Assembly (NCBI GenBank): GCA_001798185.1
Contig: MGRM01000012.1
Location: 88,120 to 152,119 of the forward strand
Direction of reading: 5' to 3'
Source: Deltaproteobacteria bacterium RIFCSPHIGHO2_02_FULL_44_16
GTDB lineage: Bacteria; UBA10199; 2-02-FULL-44-16
DNA length: 64,000 nt
The translations under genes and the position numbers were made by a program. Shown piece by piece: positions 18,348-27,468 of the stretch (position 1 is the first letter of the stretch; each line of letters starts with the position of its first letter). The notes below the pieces were generated by a model. It was not told the DNA's origin. It did no database searches and saw only the letters and a program-made list of their open reading frames with translations.

Positions 18348-19043
18348 ATGAAACAATTTTTTCTTTTGCTCTTCATTGCAGGAGGGGGAGCACTTTTTTT
18401 TGGTTGCGCTTCTCCCCAAACTGAACACGCCAAAACAGGGAATGGTCTTTCCTGGACGGTTGAAGAGCTGACAGAAAAAGCAAAAGAAGCTTCGTCAAGC
18501 GCTCAACATGCAACAGAAGCTTCCGAGATCAAAAATTTTGCACAACGTGGCCGTGAGTTTGCAGAAAAATGTATTGAACGCGCTCCAGAAGAAGCAGCCT
18601 GTTATTACTATCGCGCCACTCATGTTGGTCTCTATTATAAAGCTCACATCTTTGGATATCAGGACGGTGTCAAACAGATGATCAGCGACTGTGAACGGGC
18701 CATCTCCATTGATCCCTCTTATGATTATGCCGGGTGCCATCGTCTTTTAGGCCAGCTCTACACCAATCTTCCCAAAACCACGGCGCGCTCTAATGGAATC
18801 ATTCGCGATCTTTCCAAAGCAGAACAGCATCTTCGTGAAGCGCTGCGCATTGCTCCGGAATATCCTGAAAACCATCTCGCTCTCTCCGAAAACCTGCTTG
18901 CCCAAGGCAATGTCGCAGCATCCCTTGATGCACTGGTTCGTGCAAAAAAGTTAGCGCCGCAATGGAAGCTTGATACTTCATTTCGTTTGTGGGAGATGAC
19001 GGCACATGAGCTCGAAAAAAAGATCGCGCAGGTTACCCAATAA
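18348..19043 (+). CDS. TPR-repeat lipoprotein
   Basis: Lipobox LFFGC; TPR-like segments CERAISIDP and LREALRIAPEYPENHLALSE. Confidence 0.75.
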   Translation: MKQFFLLLFIAGGGALFFGCASPQTEHAKTGNGLSWTVEELTEKAKEASSSAQHATEASEIKNFAQRGREFAEKCIERAPEEAACYYYRATHVGLYYKAHIFGYQDGVKQMISDCERAISIDPSYDYAGCHRLLGQLYTNLPKTTARSNGIIRDLSKAEQHLREALRIAPEYPENHLALSENLLAQGNVAASLDALVRAKKLAPQWKLDTSFRLWEMTAHELEKKIAQVTQ

Positions 19044-19055
19044 AAGGAGTTTTCT

Positions 19056-19481
19056 ATGGCAAGTCTGAACAAAGTTATTCTCATCGGCAATTTAGGACAA
19101 GATCCTGAAAAAAAAGTGACTGGAAGCGGCCAAACCGTGGTTCATTTTAGTGTCGCTACTTCGGAGCGCTGGAACGATAAAAGTGGACAGAAACAAGAGA
19201 AAACCGAGTGGCATCGTATTGTGGTTTGGGGACAGCAAGCTGAAAATTGCGCGCAATATCTTGCAAAAGGTCGTCAAGCTTACATCGAAGGACGACTTCA
19301 AACTCGTCAATGGGAAGATAAAGAAGGCAACAAGCGTTACACGACAGAAGTCGTAGCTCAGCGCGTTCTCTTTTTAGGTGGAAGCAAAGGAGAGTCGCAG
19401 GCGTTTGAAGGTGCGACTGCTACAGCTCCATCGATGCCTTCTTTTGATGCTGATGCTGTGCACGATGATGTGCCGTTTTAA
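19056..19481 (+). CDS. ssb: Single-stranded DNA-binding protein
   Basis: [22 protein letters not shown]-terminal DDVPF. Confidence 0.98.
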   Translation: MASLNKVILIGNLGQDPEKKVTGSGQTVVHFSVATSERWNDKSGQKQEKTEWHRIVVWGQQAENCAQYLAKGRQAYIEGRLQTRQWEDKEGNKRYTTEVVAQRVLFLGGSKGESQAFEGATATAPSMPSFDADAVHDDVPF

Positions 19482-19627
19482 AAAAACCAATTTCAAAACT
19501 GACAAATGATTCGGGTGGCACCGACGGTGTATCCCAGGGGTGCCCCACCCACGGTTTATGGGTGGGGAGGTGGAACGCCGGAGGTGACAGGACCCGTAAC
19601 AATTAAATGTTTTGAAATTGGTTTTTT
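19481..19627. repeat. MITE-like structured element, copy 1
   Basis: 19-bp terminal IR AAAAAACCAATTTCAAAAC; internal segments match 20656-20796 in inverted orientation. Confidence 0.7.
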
Positions 19628-19631
19628 ATTA

Positions 19632-20654
19632 TTACTTACCAAACAATGACGCAGTTCTTATCCCAATCGAAGCAAAGAGCGTGAAATCGACTGACGGGCC
19701 GTGTCCGGTAATGTCCTCAGCAAAACCAAATTGCCAAATAAAATCTTGTTTTCCCAAAAGTTCTTTGTGATCACCTTTCAACCCAACAATAAGATCGAGG
19801 GGAACACCGCCCCATTGATCGCTTAAGCTCTTGAGTAATGGCGAACCGCCTTGCAACTGAGCGATTACTGACCAGTCTTTGTAAAGATTGATGTCTCCGG
19901 CGACCATAAACTGAAATGAGACTTCGTACATATAATCTTCAATCTTCGAATTGCCAGGAGTGATGTAGGGTCCCGCATTGGCATAGAGATGAAATCGATT
20001 TCCCAGTTTTTTCTCAAGCGCAACTCCAAGACCAAAATCAGGACTGCCACTGCTCAGCCCACGTTTTTGTTGACCGGTTGGAATCTTAAAATCCAAAAAC
20101 CACGCAAGGGCTAACGCCCTTTTCTGGGTTTCTTGAAATTGGTGTTTAAGATGCAATGTCACATCTCCCACTCCCCATCCAAGATCAGGATAGTTGATGC
20201 GATCGACACCATACGAAGTCAGTCGATAGGAAAAGCGACCGTTATTGACCGTTTCTCTCCCACCGCGCGGGAAATGAAAGAGACTATGATAGTCCTCGAT
20301 AAAGGAATCGAGAAAACCGCCATCAAAACGATAGAAAGGGAGTTCGGCCCCTACTTCAAAACCCTTTCCAAGTCCGAGCTGAGCAATAATTGCTGTTCGC
20401 AACAACTCCATATCAAGATCAGCGTCACTATGCTCAGCAACTGCTTCTTCAAACAGATTTGAAAACGCAACGTCAGTGCGTAACTCCAACTTCCCCTGCG
20501 GAAGTGCAACTGGACGCATGGGAGTGAGACCTAAGTTTTGAAGATAGATCGGATGCTGGATGCGATTCGTCAGTGGCCCGAGCGCGGGAAAGTCATTGGC
20601 AAAGCCAATACGTGGAAGAAGAAAAAATACCCCGAAAATAAAAATTCGTTTCAT
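19632..20654 (-). CDS. Outer-membrane beta-barrel-like protein (DUF3187-like)
   Basis: Signal peptide; GGFLDSFIEDYHSLFHFP, KIPTG..SGSPD, amphipathic strands. Confidence 0.65.
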   Translation of the reverse strand: MKRIFIFGVFFLLPRIGFANDFPALGPLTNRIQHPIYLQNLGLTPMRPVALPQGKLELRTDVAFSNLFEEAVAEHSDADLDMELLRTAIIAQLGLGKGFEVGAELPFYRFDGGFLDSFIEDYHSLFHFPRGGRETVNNGRFSYRLTSYGVDRINYPDLGWGVGDVTLHLKHQFQETQKRALALAWFLDFKIPTGQQKRGLSSGSPDFGLGVALEKKLGNRFHLYANAGPYITPGNSKIEDYMYEVSFQFMVAGDINLYKDWSVIAQLQGGSPLLKSLSDQWGGVPLDLIVGLKGDHKELLGKQDFIWQFGFAEDITGHGPSVDFTLFASIGIRTASLFGK

Positions 20655-20655
20655 A

Positions 20656-20796
20656 AATAAGAAGTCATTTCAAAAGTTCATTTGTTACGGGTCCTGCCGC
20701 CTGCGGCATTCCGTAAGCTCCGCTTATATGCGGAAGCTTCCGAAATAGCCTCCGGCGTCACCCGAATCATTATCTCTTTTGAAATGACTTCTTATT
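20656..20796. repeat. MITE-like structured element, copy 2
   Basis: Perfect 21-bp terminal IR AATAAGAAGTCATTTCAAAAG. Confidence 0.7.
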
Positions 20797-21721
20797 CAAG
20801 AGTATGCAGATACCTTTCCGCATCAATAGCTGCCATGCAGCCGGTGCCACACGCGGTGACTGCTTGACGATAGACGTGGTCTTGGACATCACCTGCTGCG
20901 AAGACTCCGGGGACACTCGTTTCCATCGAAGATTTTTTCGTCACGATATATCCGTTCGGCTCAAGTTCAAGCTGACCGCGAAAAACATCCGTATTTGGCT
21001 GATGGCCAATCGCAATAAAAACTCCTCCACATGAAATCTCCGAAACTTTTCCTGTTTTGAGATTTTTCATGCGAACGCCGGTGACTTTATCCGCTTTGAC
21101 ATCGAGAATTTCTTCAACAGCAGAATCCCACACAAAATCGATTTTCGGATTTTCAAAAGCTTTCTTTTGCATTGCTTTTGATGCACGGAGTTCATCGCGA
21201 CGATGAACAATGGTGACCTTGCTTGCAAATTTCGTGAGATAGGTTGCCTCTTCAAGAGCTGTATCTCCCCCACCCACGACCACCAAATCCTGACCTTTAA
21301 AGAAAAAACCGTCACATGTCGCACACGCAGAAACTCCTTTGCCCATAAGCTTCATCTCCGCGGGAAGCCCAAGCAACTTGGCACTCGCACCGGTTGCTAC
21401 AATGATGGTGTGAGATTCGTATACATTTTTTCCATCGACTTCGACCTTGAATGGTCGTTTTGAAAAGTCGACTTTGGTCACCGTCCCGTTCACAAATTTC
21501 GTCTCAAACCGTGCTGCTTGTTTGCGCATGGCGTCCATCAGCTCAGGACCGAGAATCGGATTTTCAAAACCGGGATAATTTTCAACGTCACTGGTAATCA
21601 TGAGCTGACCACCGGGTTGCGTTCCATCAATAATAAGCGGCAGAAGATCAGCGCGGGCTGCATAAATAGCAGCCGTGAGTCCCGCACCGCCTGAGCCAAG
21701 AATAATCACTTTGTGAACCAT
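20792..21721 (-). CDS. trxB: Thioredoxin-disulfide reductase
   Basis: GSGGAGLTAA, VENYPG, CATCDG, GGGDTA, HRRD, FAAGDV. Confidence 0.98.
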   Translation of the reverse strand: MVHKVIILGSGGAGLTAAIYAARADLLPLIIDGTQPGGQLMITSDVENYPGFENPILGPELMDAMRKQAARFETKFVNGTVTKVDFSKRPFKVEVDGKNVYESHTIIVATGASAKLLGLPAEMKLMGKGVSACATCDGFFFKGQDLVVVGGGDTALEEATYLTKFASKVTIVHRRDELRASKAMQKKAFENPKIDFVWDSAVEEILDVKADKVTGVRMKNLKTGKVSEISCGGVFIAIGHQPNTDVFRGQLELEPNGYIVTKKSSMETSVPGVFAAGDVQDHVYRQAVTACGTGCMAAIDAERYLHTLE

Positions 21722-21796
21722 GGATACCTCCTGAAGAAACACGCACATTTGCGGATTCAACATAAAAGGTCAACGCCACTTATTCAAACACATTAT

Positions 21797-21815
21797 TTAG
21801 GTGCCGTGCACTTAA
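21797..21815. repeat. REP of the RAYT-associated family
   Basis: TTAGGTGCCGTGCACTTAA. Confidence 0.7.
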
Positions 21816-21894
21816 CTGGGAAAATTCTGATCTCTATTGCTTCAATCACCATTTTGGGGATAAAGGTGAGGAGGATCAAAAGCCGTTATTGTTC

Positions 21895-21921
21895 GCAACT
21901 TTTTTTCGAGAGCAACGATAA
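21895..21921 (+). promoter_or_regulatory. Putative alternative-sigma promoter GCAAC-N16-CGATAA
   Basis: Exact motif upstream of the orphan gene at 21954. Confidence 0.6.
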
Positions 21922-21953
21922 TAAAAACGTCAGTGATACTGTAAAGGAATCTT

Positions 21954-22421
21954 ATGGGATTCAGAGTCAAACCCGAAATTCGTGACATTTTAAGTCGCCA
22001 CGATTGTAGTAATCTTCAAGGTTACGAACAACTCGCATGTAACATGCAACGTGAAGTTGAAAAATGCGCCAAGCTGACAAGGAATGATGGAAATCTGCTT
22101 GCTCGCTTGGAGGAAGATGGGAAGTTATGGGTCAGTCGTCAAAATTGGTATCTCTACACGACGCTTACCAGAGCTGGCATTGGCGGTTCTGTAGACTGTA
22201 TCAATGACGGAGAAAAATTTCTCGTAGCGGCAAATGTTTCCTCTTTTTCGTTTGTGCCCAATTCAGATGGGCGCTTTGGTTTACAATATCACACACATCC
22301 TTTTTCAACAGAATACTATTTCACACCTGATGAACTTGAAACACGTCTCCAACCTCTTTCACGTCGAATTGCACAACAAGTTTCGCAGCTTGTTACAATT
22401 TTTTTGAATACTGGCCAGTAG
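21954..22421 (+). CDS. Orphan hypothetical protein
   Basis: 155-aa ORF with AAGGA RBS. Confidence 0.65.
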   Translation: MGFRVKPEIRDILSRHDCSNLQGYEQLACNMQREVEKCAKLTRNDGNLLARLEEDGKLWVSRQNWYLYTTLTRAGIGGSVDCINDGEKFLVAANVSSFSFVPNSDGRFGLQYHTHPFSTEYYFTPDELETRLQPLSRRIAQQVSQLVTIFLNTGQ

Positions 22422-22557
22422 GATAACGAAAAAAATCTGTTTTCATTTAAACTGAAGCGTTTTCGTACAAAATGTAAAAAAACGCTCCACTTTTATTTTT
22501 ACGATCATTGAAATTTAACCGTTTTCTTTGGCATCACTTTTGCTTTGCATCATTTAT

Positions 22558-24075
22558 ATGCTTGCTCAAGTTTACGCCGCTGCACTCGTGGGAATCGAAA
22601 CGCAACTCGTCGAAGTGGAAGTCGACGTTCAAATGCAAGGCCTTCCTGGTTGGAGCATGGTCGGTCTCCTTGAAACCGCGGTCAAAGAAGCGCGCGATCG
22701 CGTGTTGCCAGCGCTTCGAAATTCTGGATATAAACTTCTCAATCGTCGCACCATTGTAAATCTCGCTCCAGGAAATGTGAAAAAAAGTGGAGCTCATTTT
22801 GATCTCCCCATCGCCATCGGCATGCTCACGGCCTGGAATATTTGCAAACCTCATCCAGACAAACGCTATCTTCTGGCTGGCGAATTATCGCTGACGGGAG
22901 AACTTCTTCCCATTAATGGCGCGCTTCTCATGGCTATTGCTGCGCGGGCTCATCAACTCACGGGCATTATTCTTCCGGTTCAAAATGAAGAAGAGGCAAA
23001 ACTTGTCACTTCAACAGAAGTTGTTGGATTTTCAACATTGACCGAAGTCGTTCAATTTCTCAATGGAGAGTTTGTTCCCACAAAACAGATGCCTCCAAAA
23101 AAACAAAAACGAACTGCGCCGCCACTTAATTTTGGAGAAGTGCGCGGTCAGCCGATCGCGAAACGCGCGCTCGAAATTGCTGCTGCGGGCGGACACAACA
23201 TTTTGATGGTCGGAACACCTGGCTCTGGAAAGACAATGCTTGCAGAGAGATTACCCACAATTCTTCCTCCACTGACTTCTGAAGAAAAATTGGAAACGAT
23301 GAAGGTCTTAAGTCTGCATGGACTTCTTCACGATACGATTCTTTCTGACGAACGCCCTTTTCGTGCTCCGCATCATTCTGCTTCGTATGCAGGGCTTATC
23401 GGCGGCGGTGGAGGGATACCGAAACTTGGAGAAATTTCGCTCGCACACAATGGCGTTCTGTTTATGGATGAGCTTGCTGAGTTCAATCGTAATGTCTTGG
23501 AAGTTCTGCGTCAGCCACTCGAGTCTGGTCTCGTCCGTCTTGTTCGCACTGGAGCGAGCGTCACCTATCCTGCTCGCTTTATGTTGGTGGCTGCGATGAA
23601 TCCGTGTCCTTGCGGATATTATGGTCATCCAAAACGTGCGTGTATTTGTAATATGCATCGTATTCAGCATTATCGACGAAAAGTTTCAGGACCACTGATT
23701 GATCGAATCGACATTCACATTGAAGTCGAACCAGTTCCTCATAAAGATCTGATGGGAGATAAACCGACAGAAACATCTGAGATGATTAAACAGCGAGTCC
23801 TCGCAGCACGAAAAATTCAAGAAGCACGCTACGATTCACGCATTGGTTGTAATGCTCAACTCCATGCTCGTGATTTAAAAAAATTCTGTCCTTTTAAAGG
23901 AAATGCAGAATCGCTTCTCGAAAAAGCGACCGAGAAAATGCACCTCTCAGCTCGCTCAACCCATCGCGTATTGAAAATTGCCCGAACCATCGCCGACCTC
24001 GAATCCTCCGACGCCCTCGGCCCACCTCATATCGCCGAAGCACTGCAGTATAGGCCTACGGATGATGTGCATTAA
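22558..24075 (+). CDS. comM: YifB/ComM Mg-chelatase-like AAA+ ATPase
   Basis: VNLAP, FDLPIA, GTPGSGKT, PFRAPHH, AHNGVLFMDE, AAMNPCPCG, DRID. Confidence 0.93.
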   Translation: MLAQVYAAALVGIETQLVEVEVDVQMQGLPGWSMVGLLETAVKEARDRVLPALRNSGYKLLNRRTIVNLAPGNVKKSGAHFDLPIAIGMLTAWNICKPHPDKRYLLAGELSLTGELLPINGALLMAIAARAHQLTGIILPVQNEEEAKLVTSTEVVGFSTLTEVVQFLNGEFVPTKQMPPKKQKRTAPPLNFGEVRGQPIAKRALEIAAAGGHNILMVGTPGSGKTMLAERLPTILPPLTSEEKLETMKVLSLHGLLHDTILSDERPFRAPHHSASYAGLIGGGGGIPKLGEISLAHNGVLFMDELAEFNRNVLEVLRQPLESGLVRLVRTGASVTYPARFMLVAAMNPCPCGYYGHPKRACICNMHRIQHYRRKVSGPLIDRIDIHIEVEPVPHKDLMGDKPTETSEMIKQRVLAARKIQEARYDSRIGCNAQLHARDLKKFCPFKGNAESLLEKATEKMHLSARSTHRVLKIARTIADLESSDALGPPHIAEALQYRPTDDVH

Positions 24076-24090
24076 GTGCCGTGCACTTAA
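24072..24090. repeat. REP hairpin upstream of the RAYT gene
   Basis: TTAAGTGC-CGT-GCACTTAA. Confidence 0.85.
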
Positions 24091-24111
24091 TTGAGAAAAA
24101 AGAGGCTTATA

Positions 24112-24741
24112 ATGCCCCGCTACCCCATAATTCATATTCCCGACGGAATTTATTCAGTAACCAGCAAATGCAACAATAATGAATTTCTCTTTGACGCTGA
24201 AGAGAAGTTTCAATTGTATTTACATCATCTCCTAGAATGTAAACGCAAATTGAATTTCATTATCTATGATCTCTGTTGTATGTCGAACCATGTGCATGAA
24301 CTTTATCGTGTCACCCGTGGAATTACGATTGCGGATATTCTTCACACCGTTCGTGGACATTTTTCTCAAAAATTTAATACTCGTTTTGGGCGAAGCGGAC
24401 ATTTTTGGAAAAGCAAACCTTACTATCGTATTGTTGAAGACGAGCAATATGCATTTCATCTCATGAATTATTTTCACTTAAATCCTGTAAAGGCCGGCCT
24501 TGTTGATAAACCTGAAAATTGGCCTTATTCAGGATATCGCTTTCATATGCTCGGGGACCGAAAAGGACTTATGGGGAGACTACTTAATCAAATTCCTGGA
24601 ACTTCGAAATCCACAACATCAGTCGATTCTGAAAACTTGTATTTGAACAAGTTACTTCAACGACGTCGATTACGATTTATTGGAACAGAAGAGTTTATAA
24701 ACAGCATGCAGACAAGATATAAACGAGATAGCGAGAAATAA
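24112..24741 (+). mobile_element. REP-associated tyrosine transposase (RAYT, Y1 HUH superfamily)
   Basis: MPR start, CMSNHVH (HUH), RSGHFW, YFHLNPVKAGLV, WPYSGY; flanked by REPs. Confidence 0.88.
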
Positions 24742-24813
24742 GTGCCGTGCACTTAAATGAAAAAATTCTCGCTTTAAATGCATTTTTCTTCCAAATAAGT
24801 GCACGGCACTTAA
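24739..24813. repeat. REP doublet (REPIN-like) downstream of the RAYT gene
   Basis: TAAGTGCCGTGCACTTAA at 24739 and the inverted TAAGTGCACGGCACTTAA at 24796. Confidence 0.85.
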
Positions 24814-24855
24814 GTAAAGTTGACACCGTTCTTCATATCAGCACAAATCTCTCCC

Positions 24856-27468
24856 ATGCCAATAACCTTGATCACAGGCCCGGTAGGCTCAGGGAGAACC
24901 ACTCTTCTTTTTGAAAAACTTTCGGATGCGCTTGCCAAAGGGAAAGCGGTTTACATTGCCCCCAATGAAACACTGGCAACTGAGCTTCGTACGGCGTTTC
25001 TTTCCTTTCTTGAAGAGAGTGGAAAGCGCGCAGCGCTCGTGGGCGACATTTTTCTCTCTCTTCGCAGCTTTGTTTATCGTCTGACACAAAAAACACCGAC
25101 GATGACTTCATTTCAGCAAACTCTTCTCTGTTTTGAGCTTCTTCAATCACAACAGCTCCGCTATTTCGATCCTCATCACATTTCATTTCAAATCGCTCGA
25201 GATGCAGCGAGCAGCATTCATACACTAAAGAAAAACGGAATTTCTCCGGAGCAACTTGAAGTCCTTCTCGAAACTCGTGGTTCATTACAGGAGTACGACC
25301 TCCTCACTCTTTTTAAACGTTATGAAACAAAACGAGAGGACCTTCATCTTCTCGACGAAGGTGATCTTTTTCAAAGGGCTTGCAGCCTTTCATATACAGG
25401 AGAGATATTTGTCGATGAATTTACTCATCTTCAACCAGGCGAACGGACTCTTTTCCAAAACCTTGCAGCGCAGACACACATGCATCTCACGCTTCCCGAA
25501 GCTGATGATGAGCATCAACCTTTTGCCTCTTTTTTGAAAAAATCAATCAGTACCCTTCAACCACTCACTCACACACATCAACAATTACCAAAAAAAAATC
25601 ATGAAATGGCGCAAACCACGCTTCTTTCGTTACGTTCTTCTTTAGATGAAACACGATTTTGTCTTCAACAACTCCTTGGGACTGAGGATGAATCTTTTTC
25701 ACCTGCCATGATCGTCACTCGGCAGCGATCTGCTTTTCCAAAAATCTTATTTCAAGAATGGAAAAACGTGCAAAACCCAGAAAGAGCGCCAGCTCCGGTT
25801 TCTCGAATCTTTTCCGAAATCCTTCAGATTTCGTTACCAGAAGAGGCTTCACTGCTTACGTTTGCGGAACAACTTCGTAAATCATTGCAACCCACGCACA
25901 GCGATCCTTCTCTGCATCTTCGTTTCTTACATCTTCTTCAGACTCTCTCTGCACAAGCACATCTCCTTCAATTGAAAACATTTTCGCGAACCGAATTTTA
26001 TGAAATCATTCAATTTCATTTGGAACAAGAGAACATCCATCAACCACAACTCCCCTTCGAGACACGGAGTTTTGAAAGAAGTATTTCACAACCACACCCG
26101 AGAATCATCATTCCTGAAATGAACGAAGGGAATATTCCTTTTCTTGCTCCGGAACATTTTTTCTTCTCAGACCAGCTCGACTTCTCAGCCTCTCCAAACC
26201 CTCTGTTAGATGAAATTTTTCCTGCAGCAGATCAACTATTAGCACTGGATGCTTTTCGATTTTATACGTTTCTCACGAAAGCTACCGAAGAAGTTGTGCT
26301 GACCTTTTCTCTTCTCGATCACAAAGGGCAGGAAACAATCCCGTCCTCTTTTGTCAAAAACTTTGGTCCCCCACTGCCCATAGAATCTCAGGTTTTTTCA
26401 CCTGAAGCTCTGCAGACCCTCGGAACAGAGGCGCTTCTTCAGCGCATCACTATTGAGCAAGAGCGAAGAGCGATGCGAAAAGATCATCTCTCCTACCACG
26501 GTCTTATTCAAGACCCGGAAGCGCGAAAGCTCCTCAAAGAGCGCTTTACTCAGGAATGTTTCAGTCCCTCTCGTCTTGAAACCTACGCTGAGTGTCCGAT
26601 GCGTTTCTTTTTTGAAAAAGTTTTAGGACTCAAACCTGAAGAAGAGATCACTCCTGAAGTTCAACCCAAAGACCGAGGAACTATTATTCATGCTCTTCTA
26701 GAATGCTTTTATCGCGACTATCGCAATCTTTTTTCAGCGGCGCTTACTGATGCTTCAAAAGAGAAAGAGATCTCAGCACTTCTCGATCAACTTCTGGATG
26801 AAGTTTTTCTTCAGCACGATCATCTCTTGCAACAAAGCGCTCCGGCGCTTCGCCCCTTTGAACGAAAAGCTATTCGAAAAGTGATTGAAAAAACACTTTT
26901 CCTCGAACTTGAAACAGCCCGCGCTCTCTCAACTCCTCTCTTGCCTTCACACTGTGAGTGGATTTTTGGAACAGAACACGTAAAACCACTTTCGCTTTCT
27001 CTCGAAAATGATGATGACATTTTGATTCAAGGACGTGTCGATCGTATCGATGTGTCGCACGATGGTTCTTCTTTTCTCATTGTCGATTACAAAACCGGAA
27101 AATCGATTGAAAGCATTCGAAAAAAAATTGAAGATGGGCTTCATCTTCAAATTCCACTGTATATTGCCGCAGTCCAAAAACTTCTTCTTCCACACGCTTC
27201 CGCTCTTGGCGGACTTCTGTTTGCGGTCATGAAAGGTGAAAAGACCTCAGGCATGTTGAAAAAAGAACATAACGAAAAAAGTTTTTCCCTTTCATCTCGT
27301 TCGCGCGCGTTGATTTCGGAAGAAGAGTGGGAAGATCTTTTAGAGACAAGTTTCAAATATACCCGTGACTATGTCACCGCGATACGAAATGGAAATTTTT
27401 CACATCTGACATCTGAGCCGTGCAAGTACTGTACATTCGCACAAGCGTGTCGCAGAGGAACGTCATGA
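24856..27468 (+). CDS. addB: AddB-like PD-(D/E)XK nuclease subunit
   Basis: GPVGSGRT, FSPSRLETYAECP, QGRVDRID, IVDYKTG, QIPLY, CKYC..C. Confidence 0.8.
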   Translation: MPITLITGPVGSGRTTLLFEKLSDALAKGKAVYIAPNETLATELRTAFLSFLEESGKRAALVGDIFLSLRSFVYRLTQKTPTMTSFQQTLLCFELLQSQQLRYFDPHHISFQIARDAASSIHTLKKNGISPEQLEVLLETRGSLQEYDLLTLFKRYETKREDLHLLDEGDLFQRACSLSYTGEIFVDEFTHLQPGERTLFQNLAAQTHMHLTLPEADDEHQPFASFLKKSISTLQPLTHTHQQLPKKNHEMAQTTLLSLRSSLDETRFCLQQLLGTEDESFSPAMIVTRQRSAFPKILFQEWKNVQNPERAPAPVSRIFSEILQISLPEEASLLTFAEQLRKSLQPTHSDPSLHLRFLHLLQTLSAQAHLLQLKTFSRTEFYEIIQFHLEQENIHQPQLPFETRSFERSISQPHPRIIIPEMNEGNIPFLAPEHFFFSDQLDFSASPNPLLDEIFPAADQLLALDAFRFYTFLTKATEEVVLTFSLLDHKGQETIPSSFVKNFGPPLPIESQVFSPEALQTLGTEALLQRITIEQERRAMRKDHLSYHGLIQDPEARKLLKERFTQECFSPSRLETYAECPMRFFFEKVLGLKPEEEITPEVQPKDRGTIIHALLECFYRDYRNLFSAALTDASKEKEISALLDQLLDEVFLQHDHLLQQSAPALRPFERKAIRKVIEKTLFLELETARALSTPLLPSHCEWIFGTEHVKPLSLSLENDDDILIQGRVDRIDVSHDGSSFLIVDYKTGKSIESIRKKIEDGLHLQIPLYIAAVQKLLLPHASALGGLLFAVMKGEKTSGMLKKEHNEKSFSLSSRSRALISEEEWEDLLETSFKYTRDYVTAIRNGNFSHLTSEPCKYCTFAQACRRGTS

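Noticed and set aside
17934..18433. ORFs overlapping the tRNA region
   Set aside because: They are shadows of the tRNA-Leu and tRNA-Cys genes
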